From Trichodelitschia bisporula (lineage: Eukaryota): a stretch of DNA of 64,000 nucleotides. Location of the stretch: positions 688,174 to 752,173 of the forward strand of contig ML996691.1 of the NCBI GenBank assembly GCA_010356995.1. The letters are read 5' to 3'. Shown here one piece after another: positions 47,901 to 59,388 of the stretch (position 1 is its first letter; each line of letters begins with the position of its first letter). Below the pieces are notes generated by a model. That model made no database searches. It worked only from the letters and a program-made list of their open reading frames with translations, and had not been told where the DNA came from. The position numbers were made by a program, and so were the translations under genes.

Positions 47901-48069
47901 CTTTGTGGTGAGCTTTGTGTACAATAGGAAGCCCTGGTCGGCCCCTTATACCCTTCGATTCCCCCATCGTCGCGCACTCTGCGAGTTGCCTGTCCTTCCG
48001 ATCCGAGTCACTCTTGACATTCGCGCAACACAAACAAAACCACCCGTCCTTACGTACAGATCAACAATC

Positions 48070-49080
48070 ATGTCCGCTCGCTTCATCCAGCTCGGGCTCC
48101 TGTCCCTCATTACCGGCACCCTCGCAGCTCCTCGCCACTGGCACCGTACATCAGCTGCCGTGAATGAGGCTCCCGCCGACGTCACTACCCAGTATGTCAC
48201 CGCGACGAACTGGAACACCGTGGTCGTGACCGCCACTGGCACACCCCCTGCCGCTATCAGCTCCGTTGTCGTGAACCAGGACCGCGCGGTCCCCGTCGCT
48301 TCTGCCGCTCCGTCCAGCGATAGCGCCAGCACCGGGTCTGGCAAGCGCGGCATCGCCTACAATGATGCCACCGTCTGCTCGGCCTTCAGCGGCAAGTCGC
48401 AGGTCTCGTGGGCGTTCAACTGGGAGGCTCAGCCCAAGGGCACCATCCCCAGCGGCTTCGAGTACGTCCCTACGCTGCACGACACCACGTCTGTCTTCAC
48501 CTCGGTGTGGGACCAGGACGTCAAGGCCGCGCTCGCTTCCGGATCCAAGCACCTAATGGGCGTCAACGAGCCCGACTACTCCGGTGGCGCCAACCTGTCC
48601 CCTGAGGGCGCTGCTGCGGCCCACAAGACGTACCTGCAAAAGTACGGCAGCCAGGCCAAGCTTGGCTCTCCCAGCGTCACCAACGGCGGTGCTCCCATGG
48701 GCCTGGACTACCTCGGCAAGTTCCTGATGGCCTGCTCGGACTGCCAGATCGACTTCGTGGTATGTATTCCCGGTTTGAGATTTTTATGATCATGTGCTAA
48801 CCGTTCCCAGCAAATCCACTGGTACAACGATGCCTCGCTGGTTGACGACTTCAAGAACCACATCCAGCAGGCGTACAAGCTCTCCAACAAGCCGATCTGG
48901 CTCACCGAGTTCGGCGCGACCGGCTCTGATGCTGCTGTTGATGCCTTCCTGAGGGAGGTCCTGCCGTGGTTGGACTCTCAGTCCTATGTCGAGCGCTACG
49001 CTTACTTCTACGCTGCTTCTGGCAAGCTCATCAGTGGCTCTGGCCTGAGCAGCTATGGCAGTACCTATGCTACTTTGTAA
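48070..49080 (+). CDS. Secreted GH128 (Asl1-like) beta-1,3-glucanase
   Basis: Signal peptide, Ser/Thr linker, KRGIAYN, WAFNW, acid/base motif GVNEPD, IHWY, nucleophile motif PIWLTEFG, VERYAYF. Intron 48760-48810. Confidence 0.92.
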
Positions 49081-49657
49081 GGTATCAGCGTTGGGGAGAA
49101 CAGCGTGTGAAACTTAAAAATTCTTGTAAATAAATGAAGGGTTCCCTTTCAAACAGTGACGAGTGTCCTTGGTGGACAGCTTGTCGTTTCTGGTCGAACT
49201 TCTAAGGTGTTTTGCAAAACGGAAAACATGTGCATCTGGAGTAAGAATAGATGGGGCCAGCATGGAGCTGAGCCATTGGCAAACAATATCATTTCTTGAT
49301 GTTGGATCTCATTCGTCGTCGTCGGTGACTCGTGAACAGCATTTTGCATCGACTGATCAGTTGGGTCGAGTCTGTAAGTGAACTGATTGGAGTTTCTCCT
49401 TTGGCTGTAAAGAGCGATGCGTCCATGCAAGTACTCTAAATTAAGCCACTTGAAGTAATTGTCGAATGCCAGATCCCGTGGTAAACAAGAGTTACGTACG
49501 GATGTACGTCGTTTCGGCTTGAAGTCGAAGCTGACCGGACGTCGTCGCGGCGCTTCGAAACACCCCTCTCCCGATTGGTCCCGTACTCAAGAAAACGGCT
49601 TGGCAACAACCACGGCGTCAACCTCATCGCAGAACTCTGGGGATAACCCACTCGCCT

Positions 49658-50664
49658 ATGTCAACAGTCCGCTCCGCAATGGCGTCAATGTTCAATCCTC
49701 TCAGGTTACGGCCCGCCCTGCGGAGCGTGCGAGCTCCAAGTCGCGCTCCCGTGCGCTTCTTCGTCGCCAATGGCCGCCGCAGCAGTGCTGCCATCCAAGT
49801 GGTAAGGTCATCCAACTGCGAAGATCTGCGGCGGGGAAGAAGCTGCTGCTCTGTGATGGACACCAGGCTGATGATACCGTCTGAACAGCATCGCGATACG
49901 CCTGAGAATAACCCATCCATCCCTTTCAAGTTCACGCCTCAGAACGAGAAGCTTATCCAGGAGATTATCGCCCGCTACCCGAGCCAGTACAAGAAGGCAG
50001 CCGTGATGCCGCTGCTGGACCTCGGACAGAGGCAGCATGGATTTGCTAGTATCAGCGTCATGAATGAGGTTGCCAGGATACTGGAGATGCCGCCTATGCG
50101 CGTGTATGAGGTTGCCACATTCTACACAATGTACAATCGCAACCCGATTGGCCGCTTCCACATTCAGTGCTGCACGACGGTAGGTCCCCAAAGTTCTTGT
50201 ACATAGGTATCATATCCGATCTCTAACATACCTAGACGCCTTGCATGCTCCGCGACAGCGATGGCATCATGCGCGCCATCGAGGACACTCTCGGCGTACA
50301 CCACGGCGAGACCACTGCTGACGGTCTCTTTACGTTCACCGAAGTCGAGTGCCTGGGTGCTTGCGCTAATGCACCCATGGTGCAAATTAACGATGACTAC
50401 TACGAGGATCTGACCTACGAGACGACGGTCGAGCTGCTGAAGGCTCTGCGTTCCGCCGCCGAGTCAACAGCTCCGACGGAAGGCCGCAAGGACCATGTTA
50501 CGGGAAACATCACCTCTGAAGGCCTGAAGGGTGTGCCCCAGCCAGGTCCGCTGAGCGGTCGGCACAGCTGCGAGCCTGCGGCTGGGTTGACGTCACTGAA
50601 GAATGTGGGGGCGATTGACTGGAAGGCGGGGCTACGGACTGACGGGGCGCTCGACCAGAAGTAG
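49658..50664 (+). CDS. NDUFV2: NADH:ubiquinone oxidoreductase 24-kDa subunit (2Fe-2S)
   Basis: [60 protein letters not shown]. Introns 49802-49888 and 50180-50235. Start could be 49658 or a downstream in-frame ATG. Confidence 0.96.
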
Positions 50665-51357
50665 ACCTTTGCGTTGGACCTCAACTAAGCAGTTGTATGT
50701 ACATCAAGTCCTGGCAAGGCTCCTGCATTTCTGCGGACTTTATTGTGAGATGCTGCGCTGAACGCTGAACGTTTAGGTGGTACTAATAAACGCTTTGCGT
50801 GCCTGTCTGACCTGTGATATATGCTCCTTCCCAGAAGCCTGGTGGATAGTATTATCGATTGGTCGCGTAGTAGGGCCCAGTCTCCCTCCGTTTCATCATG
50901 TACCCTTCTTTGACTCACTGACAATTTGAGATGTATTCGAAGGGCGCACTTAGATCTCGATCCCCTCATAAGATCGACTGAGGTTGCCTACTGTCTTGCT
51001 CTTCTCGACACTGAGCACTTTTCGTCAGAGGAAAGGTCTGACCATGGTGTCCTTCTTAGGCATGACTTTAATTTCCCAGTCTGATTGCACAAGATGATGC
51101 GTCTTTGAGATGCAAAGCGTGTCGGCTGCACCTTCCCGTACTTATTTTTTGCCCCACGTTGTGCAAGAGAAGGCACGTTCAACGGTAAGTATATACCTCC
51201 CCTTCGCTCTTTCCCTCTCGCCATCGATTAGCTCATGCAAATAGACCTTGCTTTGTGGGATCAACCGCAGACAACGGCCCCTAGAACTTCTGCATCACGG
51301 ACCAACTTCACCATTCCACTCGTTTTCCGCTCCCACAACGGCACACGTATAGACAGT

Positions 51358-52608
51358 ATGATCGGAACTCTTGTCACGGCCCTTGTCTTCAGCCTGGTGC
51401 GGTTCACTGCGTCTGTCAATGGATCTCCGGTCCATCTGCTCGAAGATTCGTGTAAGCTGCTGACCTCCTCCGATTACATATTGCACCAGCTAATGCGCCT
51501 AGTAGCAAAGCGCTCCTGCAATTGGAACATCGGTTGTGTTGCTGGTGAGTGGCTTGTCCCTCTACCCTTCAAAGCTAGCCTTTTCCTCGTTTCAAGTTAC
51601 ACCTGTTATCTGCTCGTACGACATGGCCCCTCACAAGCATATGAACCTTTTGAAGCTATGTCAAATTTGCTAACATCCTCGGAAGATGGTCTGAACCCGC
51701 GCCATCAGTATTCCAACAATGCCTCCTGTCTTCTGGCCTGGGAGTTGTCTTCTAGCTTCCAGGAAACCCTTCCGGGCGCTCCACACCCTCAATCCAACCT
51801 CACAGATTACCAATCCATCTGGAAGAATGTTCTCGGTATAAACACGGATGCGATTAAGAAGGTCATGGAACCACACGATGGCTGTACTATCAACCAGGAT
51901 TACATTAGCATCTGGGAGCACATCTACCGGTACCGTACCAACGTCTTTGTGACCCAGCTTCTGAAGGCACTTCGACCGTCGAACGGTACTTTTGCCATGC
52001 TCTGCCACACTGTGGACTTTCCCCGCTTCAGGTTGCTCAACGGTCATCAGGATATCTACCCTAACAACTACTGGGAAACCGCAGACCTCCAAGATGTTGT
52101 GTGTGGACCCCGCTACCCAGCGCAAACCGTGGCATTTCAAGGGATGTATCCAATCGGCGGATCCATACCAGCTAGCCTCCACGATGAGTTCTATCAAGCA
52201 GAGTCTAGCCGTTTTGCATGGCTGACTCTTGCTGCCTACATCTCCTACGGTAGTCCCACGCTCATGAAACAGACGTGCGAAAACGTTGGCGACTCTTGGG
52301 CACCAGCAGTTAGTGGGACAAACTACTCGGTGCCAGTATTCCAGAAAATTCTCTGCGCACATCAAGATCTGCGGGTGAGCAACGGAACTATCAGCAGGAA
52401 TGTCCTCTCGGCTACCACTAGCACGTTTGTCACTCAGCTGTGGTCCTTGAGCAACTCTACCGACTTCTCCCGCTTCGTGTGCAGCAGCTCAGACCACAAG
52501 CGCTTGGGCAATTTCAACGTACGAGGGTTGCATGAAGTCAGTCTTGACTTTGCGCAGATGACATTGGACATACTGAGGCGGTGCAAGGCTGCGAATCCAC
52601 CCGTCTAG
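51358..52608 (+). CDS. Uncharacterised secreted Cys-containing protein with an internal repeat
   Basis: Signal-like MIGTLVTALVFSLVRFTASVNGSP, Kex2-like AKR, several N-glycosylation sequons. Probable introns 51452-51502 and 51545-51685, both with GCTAAY branch points. Confidence 0.65.
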   Translation: MIGTLVTALVFSLVRFTASVNGSPVHLLEDSCKLLTSSDYILHQLMRLVAKRSCNWNIGCVAGEWLVPLPFKASLFLVSSYTCYLLVRHGPSQAYEPFEAMSNLLTSSEDGLNPRHQYSNNASCLLAWELSSSFQETLPGAPHPQSNLTDYQSIWKNVLGINTDAIKKVMEPHDGCTINQDYISIWEHIYRYRTNVFVTQLLKALRPSNGTFAMLCHTVDFPRFRLLNGHQDIYPNNYWETADLQDVVCGPRYPAQTVAFQGMYPIGGSIPASLHDEFYQAESSRFAWLTLAAYISYGSPTLMKQTCENVGDSWAPAVSGTNYSVPVFQKILCAHQDLRVSNGTISRNVLSATTSTFVTQLWSLSNSTDFSRFVCSSSDHKRLGNFNVRGLHEVSLDFAQMTLDILRRCKAANPPV

Positions 52609-53644
52609 TGTGAACATATAGCGGGTTGGGGATACTCTTATCTAGTGCACGCATCTAGTAACTGGATGTAACACTCGGCAAATAAAACGTGTTTTTCTTG
52701 TGTCTATCATCCCCAGAGTGATCTATGACCTGGAAAAGGACGGTCATATGGTCATACGAGCTGTGTACCGTGGAACGACCGAACTTCCACTATCAGTCTG
52801 TAGAATTCTAACAATGTTGCATTCATGGGCTGACCATTTGGCTTAGGTCTTGAACACTCACTCGATACTCAGCGTTCTTCTGGCGTAGTTCAATATTATA
52901 CACTCGGGCAACCTTGGCCGTCTTGGGATGCCCTTTCTATATTTGGTGATGAGGTAATGTGAACTTACCACGCGAGATCATTCATCCCCATTGACTTGAA
53001 TCAAGGCCCGGAGTATTGGAGCCAACGTTCTAGTTACCATAACTTGACAGTGTCACATGCAGTCTCCGGGCTTATAGCAAATTGCCGACCAGCTTATCGC
53101 ACCTGAAGTTGAGACCACATCGCGGTCAGGTACATGCACGGAGCCATCTGAACGATCTCTGGAACGATCGATTTGATCTCGGAGATCCTGTCTCGTTTCA
53201 CTAGATCTGAGTGAAAGGCTACACAAGCGTCTAGCAGCCCCGGAAAACCCAGGGCACCTCGGAGAAAGCAAGCTGCTGGCCCTAAGATCTCCCCTGGCCA
53301 TCCATGCCTACAGTATATTAAAACTCTTAAAGTCCACGCCGCAAACCCACCTCCGTTCCGCATTTCAGCATAAACTTGCGAACGCACGAGTCCTTAACCC
53401 TACGCTAGGTAAAATATTCTACCCCTCATTAGACAGTTGCCCCAAGTAGCATGGTTCGTCGGCGATTTTACTCTCCTTCCCCATTGACAATGCTTCCACG
53501 ATGCTTGGACCGATACCGAACCCTCACGAGCTTCTTATCCACTATGTTAATTTAACCTCACCCCATGCTGCCATATAGTATGAGATTGCATAATACCACC
53601 GCCCTCCCGCCAGATCTTGCGCACCGTCCCACACACGAGATCTA

Positions 53645-55497
53645 ATGCTCGCCTCCCTCAGCGGAGCACTGCTCCTCGCCAGCGCCGCATCTGCCTCTAA
53701 ACTTTCCCTCGCATCCGCGGACTGCAAACTCATCCCCGGATCACCGGCTTGGCCGTCTCCCGGCGAATGGGACGCCCTAAACCAAACCATCAGCGGCCGT
53801 CTCCTGCGCCCGCGCCCTCCAGCTGCCGCATGCCACGAGGCATTCGCAGAATTTAGCGATGGGGTATGCACGACAGTGCGCACGCGGTGGAATAGCAGCC
53901 AGTGGCACTCCGAGCAGCCAGCAAGCAACATGTGGCAAAACTTCAATGGGTACAGTTGCTTGCCGACAGAGGAGGCGCCGTGTTCGGATGGGGGGTATCC
54001 TGTATACGTCGTGTCCGCGAGGGAGAGGGCGCATATCGTTGCAGCAGTGAAGTTTGCGAAGGAGAAGGGGGTTAGGTTGAATATCAAGAGTACGGGACAT
54101 GACTTTTTAGGGAGGTAGGTTCGCAGGCTGCGCTTGAGGAAGATGGACTAATGCGTTCCAGGTCTGTGCAGCCCAAGAGCCTCTCTATCTGGACACATCA
54201 GCTAAAGTCTACTGAATGGCATCCCGTCGGTTACCAGCCCAAGGGTTGTGATTTCATGATCAGAGAGCCGGCCGTGACCTTTGAATCCGGCGCTCAGATG
54301 GGGGAGTTGTACGCCCAGGCAAAGGAGCGGAAGCTTATGATTGTCGGAGGTGACAGCAAGACTGTTAGCGGCGGGGGTTATCTTACCGGTGGCGGCCATT
54401 CACCGCTGAGTCCGAAATATGGTATGGGCGCAGACCAGGTCCTTGAGATCGAGGCGGTGCTGGCGAGCGGTGAAGTGATAACGGCGAACGAATGTCAGAA
54501 CCAGGACTTGTTCTGGGCTATGCGCGGAGTAAGTCATCTCCCTGTTAGTACGGACATCAAGCTAATGTAATTATAGGGAGGTGGCTCAACTTTCGGCGTC
54601 GTAACAAACTTCACTGTTCGGGCCCTACCCGAAGTCCCTATCACGGTGTGGTTCGGCACGCTGAGGAGCAACGCCAGCGCTGAGGCAAAGTGGGATGTCG
54701 TAACGCACATCTTCCGAGAATGGCCGAAACTGGGCTCCGAAGGCATCAGCGGCTACCTCATCGGCAACCCGTGGTCAACGATCAATGTGCCGACCCTTCA
54801 GATCATCATGCCAAACACTACATCTCGGGATGACCTACAGAAACTCATGGACCCCTTTGTCGCGGGTGCAAATAATGCCACCGGTGGCCAGCCCATTTTA
54901 CGAGGCGGGTCTACCTTCTACAGCGGCTACGGCAACTTCCAAGTACCACGTACCAATTTAACCCGTGCACGCGATCCTACATCCACATTTCCCGGCACCG
55001 GCCAGTCGAAGCTGATCACATCGTGGCTGTGGGATACCGAGGCGCTCGCGAGTCCAAATCTCAAGCAGGCACTTATGGGCTCTACGGACAACGAGACGCT
55101 CCTTTTCACCGACTTCACGGCGGGCCCGGGAACCCATTCCCCGCCGTTTATGCGCGGAGGCGGCAACGCTGTCAATCCCGCGTGGCGGACAGCATGGGTT
55201 CGCCCCGCGGCGGAGATGAATTGGAAGGGTCGAGATTTGGACAAGTTAAGAGAGCGGATGGCGACGCTGAAGACGTTTGAGCGGGCGCTGATTAGCCTTG
55301 CGCCTGAAGGGGGGACGTATGGGAATGAGGCGGACTTCAGCGCGGATAATTGGCAGCACAAGTTTTATGGGAGTAATTATCCTACGCTTTTGGAGATCAA
55401 GCGCAGGGTGGATCCCGACGACGTCTTTTGGTGTCGGACTTGCGTTGGCAGTGAAGGGTGGGAGGAGACTGAGGAAGGACAGCTTTGTAGGGTATAG
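53645..55497 (+). CDS. Secreted FAD-linked oxidoreductase, berberine-bridge-enzyme/VAO family
   Basis: Signal peptide, CK..PGSPAWP, IKSTGHDFLGR|S, GYLTGGGHSPLS, DLFWAMRG|GGGSTFGVV, YGNEAD, FYGSNYPTLLEIKRRVDP, CRTCVGSEGW. Introns 54115-54161 and 54529-54576. Confidence 0.93.
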
Positions 55498-55658
55498 AAT
55501 AGACTGTACAATAATTGGAATCTTCCGCGTAGATTGTACAAGCCTGGTGAACATGAGCATATGCGCCCGTAGAACCTGCACGCCGTAGCCATCAGTCCTC
55601 TACGTCTATCAATCAGCCTTTTGTGCGCCAAACGTAGCACTCAATCCCTTTGTTCAAG

Positions 55659-56396
55659 TTACCGCAGCCCCCTACTTCCTCCCTTTGTTGCAAAATGAGT
55701 TCGCCTTGGCATCCCGACCTTCTCCCTCAAGATCTCAGGGTGGAGATGAACGCTGGGCAAGAGACCAATGCCAATGGCCCTGCGCACAGCTTTCGCCATC
55801 TTCCGCTGGTTCACAGGCCGCAGCCCCGTGCTCGATGCTTTCTTTATCCGACCAGTACTCGAAACGAACTGAGACATTAAGTTGATATTCTATTTCGCAT
55901 CAGTTAGTGAGTCATCGTGCATGTGAGGTGTAGCACTTGCCTTGTAATGGTTGAGGGGGTTCTGTCCCAGCATATCGAACACATCCGCCTTGGGCGTCTG
56001 CTGAGTCTTCTTCCATTTCCTGGCCTCTTTGAAGCCAATATCGCGCGGCGCATATACGTCTCCAGCTCGCCAGGGACGGGGCATCTGGGTGCTCAGGTTT
56101 TTGCGCAGTTCGGCCGCTTCTAGCTGCTGTAGGGTTGTCTGCATGCTCTGTTTCGGCCGGCGCCACGAAAACCTTCCGGCTGAATTTCCTAATGCGGTGC
56201 GAAGGGAAGGGTCGACTTGCTCTTGCGCAGTCATTACGCTAGGAGGTTGTTGGGTCGCTTCGCTGGTGGACTTGAGAAGATCGATGAGGGCCGCCGGGCC
56301 GCTACCTTTCCCGCCTGCAGGTGCAGAAGCAAAGGATCGGGCGAATTGTGCGAACTTGGAGGGGTCGGATGGCCGGCAATAGCGTAGACACTGCAT
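55659..56396 (-). CDS. RSM18: Mitochondrial small-subunit ribosomal protein bS18m
   Basis: WRAGDVYAPRD, DVFDMLGQNPLNHYK|NINLMSQFVSSTGRI...TGLRPVNQRKMAKAVRRAIGIGLLPSVHLHPE. GC-AG intron 55890-55940. Confidence 0.93.
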
Positions 56397-56708
56397 CGTT
56401 GCGGGATGGAGAGGAAGTGTTCGCCATGCTCTCCGCCAGCGATAGAGTTGGAAGTTCGCGATGCTTGGCAAGCGGGATGGAGAATCTGGCGTCCGAGCTG
56501 CGCATGCACGTCAACTTTCCAACTTCGCTCTATGCTCGAATGCGCTTGCCACAACATCTTTTGTGCCCACTGGAGCTACAAGCTCGACCACGCTGCGCTT
56601 CTTTTCTCTTGCACATGCGTCTGGACGTCTGATGGACGGATAATGGCACTGCTCTCGAGCTCTTGTTAGTTTTCGCCCCACCTTCGCAAACCGCCACCAA
56701 GCACCAAT
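56397..56708. promoter_or_regulatory. Short divergent promoter between RSM18 and CIA84
   Basis: Head-to-head genes for two mitochondrial proteins, 312 bp between start codons. Confidence 0.55.
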
Positions 56709-59129
56709 ATGCGCTCCGTCCTCACACGCGTCATATTCCGGCGGATTATACGCAATGAACCGATCCTCCACCGCGACTTTTACCGAGTGTATACTCCTTC
56801 ATCCCGCAATGGACAACGAATACCTGGCTTTCCGCAGAGGCGAACTCTGTTCGGGTTTGCCAGACCGCGGACTCGGAGCAGAGGGGCGGAGAAAGACCCG
56901 GGCCTCAGTGTAATGATAGATGCCAGCAAACGGCTGCAGGCGAACATGAGGTTGCAGGAGTCGTCGGAGCTGGTCCGCGCATGGACATCTCTCTTCAATG
57001 CGAAGGCCGCGAACGATGAGCCCATCCTGGATGCCCAAGCTGCCTACGCCCATAAGACATTCAAGCACCTGGGTTCTTTATCGGCCTCGGACCCCAAAGC
57101 TTCTATTTCCCTGAAGGACCTCGAGACCTCTCTCAAGGTCTTGGCCGCCGCTCCGAAGGAGGGAGAGCTCTTGGGATTTGATGAGGGTTATGCCACCTTT
57201 GCAACGGATATCTACGACAAGATTGAATCCTTCAAGGATGATTTCGTTCCGTCTGGGGAAGAGCCCATTGAGCGTAGAATCGCCGCTGCCCGTTCCCATC
57301 TCGTCAAAATTCTTTGCGCATCAGGACGTTCCACCGAAGCTGTCGCCATACTCACTGCAGAGAGCGGCATCGGCCCGAGCACCGAACAGGACTGGGCGAA
57401 CGTTATCGTTGGAATAAGGCTGGAGGGGAGCATAAACAAGCTCAAGAGGACGATTGGTGTGATCAACAAGCAAGCACCCTCAATATTCCCTAAACTCCAG
57501 GGCTTGCTGGCCAGTACTCTCGCTCGCATGGGCCACATGGATAAGGCCAAACACTGGTACACGAAAGCAACGGCGTCGGGCAGTTCAGTCTCGGCCGCAG
57601 ATATCGATTCGATTTTCCAAGCTTGTTTGACGCATAAAGATCCTGAATGGGGCTGGGCCATCATCCGCGAAGTCACGGAGAACGGACGTTTGAAAGAGGA
57701 CCGGGATTTGTGGGACAGCTTGTTCGTCTGGTCTGCGCACAATGGCAAATCTGTCGACGAGGTCGACCGCATGATGGAAGTCATGGGAAGAACCAACAAG
57801 ACATTTCGGCCCCGCAATCAAACGATCAACAGCCTCATCGCTGTAGCTAACGCTCGGAATGATTCTTATCTTGCGGAAAGATTCCTCTCTCTTGGGTTGA
57901 AATGGGGAGTGAAGCCGGATGCTCTGACGTATCTCTACCAGATTGACTATCGCCTGTCCGTTGGAGACGTTGATGGCGCACAGCAAGCGTATAATCAGCT
58001 CCAGGGCCAGGAAGTTGAGAGTGGAGAGGATGTCCCACGTATCAACCGTTTGCTCCAAGCTGTGTGCGCCACCCCAAAACCCAGTTTCGAGAGAGTCATG
58101 AAGATTGTGGACGACTTATCTGAACGCCATGCTCGGTTTGAGCCGGATACCGTGTCAGCGCTCAGCGTCCTCCACCTTAAGCGAGACGAATACCATGACG
58201 TGGTGGACTTGCTTCAGACGCACGTCGGCAACTATTCCTGGGAAGAGCGTGCCAAAGTGCGAGATGTGTTTGTCAACTTCTGTCTGGACCGTCGCAACCC
58301 GATCGCACGCGTCTGGGACACATACATGATTTTCCATCAGATATTCGATGAGACAGATCGCAAAGTTCGGACCCGTATTATGAACGAGTTTTTCACGCGC
58401 AGAAGGGCCGATATGGCGGTTCATGTCTTCAACCACATGCGGCAGCATATACGCCCTGACACAGTCGCTACTCTCGATACCTATGTCACCGCTCTGGTCG
58501 GCATTGGCCGGCTAGGTGATGCCGAGAGTTTAGACCTTATTCACAACCAGCTCAAGCTGGATCTCCACGTCGACCCCAACACCAGGCTCTACAACGCCCT
58601 GATGATCGGTTACACGGGATGCAATGATGCCTCGCGTGCAATGGAGTTTTGGGATGACATTGCCGGCTCGCAAGAAGGACCGACGACCAACAGCATTTTG
58701 GTCATGTTCCGAGCGTGCGAAATGGCTTCGTTCGGCGAGGTCAAGGCCCAGGCCATCTGGAGGCAGCTGAATGAGCTTGATGCCGAGATCACCAAGGAGA
58801 TGGCTACGGAGTACATCGGTGCTTTGGCCGGGAACCTGATGCTGGATGAAGCCTACAACATGGTGCAGAACAAGCTGGAGCAAGAATATGGCTTCAAGCC
58901 GGACGTCAAGATGTTCGTTCTATCCCGTTTTGTGTTGTCGTGTTTACTAATGGATTCCAGATTGGGCACACTGTTCAACGCTACGAGGAGCCGTAGTCGG
59001 CAACCGGGTGTAGGCACTTGGATTCAAAGCAACTTCCCGGAGATCTGGAAGGAGCTGGAGGCACTGGGATCGAAGAAAAACCTCAACGATACGCGCAACT
59101 TCCGCATTGACCGCACCCTGGAACCCTGA
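56709..59129 (+). CDS. CIA84: Mitochondrial PPR-repeat protein, complex I intermediate-associated protein 84-like
   Basis: Presequence with QRRTLFG, GKSVDEVDRMMEVM, PPR-like repeats (TINSLI, LYNALMIGY), HNQLKLD. In-frame intron 58913-58960. Confidence 0.85.
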   Translation: MRSVLTRVIFRRIIRNEPILHRDFYRVYTPSSRNGQRIPGFPQRRTLFGFARPRTRSRGAEKDPGLSVMIDASKRLQANMRLQESSELVRAWTSLFNAKAANDEPILDAQAAYAHKTFKHLGSLSASDPKASISLKDLETSLKVLAAAPKEGELLGFDEGYATFATDIYDKIESFKDDFVPSGEEPIERRIAAARSHLVKILCASGRSTEAVAILTAESGIGPSTEQDWANVIVGIRLEGSINKLKRTIGVINKQAPSIFPKLQGLLASTLARMGHMDKAKHWYTKATASGSSVSAADIDSIFQACLTHKDPEWGWAIIREVTENGRLKEDRDLWDSLFVWSAHNGKSVDEVDRMMEVMGRTNKTFRPRNQTINSLIAVANARNDSYLAERFLSLGLKWGVKPDALTYLYQIDYRLSVGDVDGAQQAYNQLQGQEVESGEDVPRINRLLQAVCATPKPSFERVMKIVDDLSERHARFEPDTVSALSVLHLKRDEYHDVVDLLQTHVGNYSWEERAKVRDVFVNFCLDRRNPIARVWDTYMIFHQIFDETDRKVRTRIMNEFFTRRRADMAVHVFNHMRQHIRPDTVATLDTYVTALVGIGRLGDAESLDLIHNQLKLDLHVDPNTRLYNALMIGYTGCNDASRAMEFWDDIAGSQEGPTTNSILVMFRACEMASFGEVKAQAIWRQLNELDAEITKEMATEYIGALAGNLMLDEAYNMVQNKLEQEYGFKPDVKMFVLSRFVLSCLLMDSRLGTLFNATRSRSRQPGVGTWIQSNFPEIWKELEALGSKKNLNDTRNFRIDRTLEP

Positions 59130-59388
59130 TTAGTAGATAGCGTTAATGCAAAAACCATTGGACAGACTCCTTGCTGGGAGTGGCACTGCCTGAAGATGAA
59201 GAGGCATGATCCCTTTCACCATCGGATGCATGCAAGTGCCGCTTTCACACTCCTGAAGTTGTTGGGGGTTCATTCTATTAGACTACAATATACACATATC
59301 CAGAGTTTACAAACACCTGCCCATCAAACTCGAAAGACTGGATGGCCCTCTAACCATGCAAATGCCTTTTTCATAGACGCCCAAACAG

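Noticed and set aside
53395..53402. TAACCCTA template-like octamer
   Set aside because: In the proximal upstream region of the FAD oxidase with no supporting helices; an 8-mer is expected by chance.
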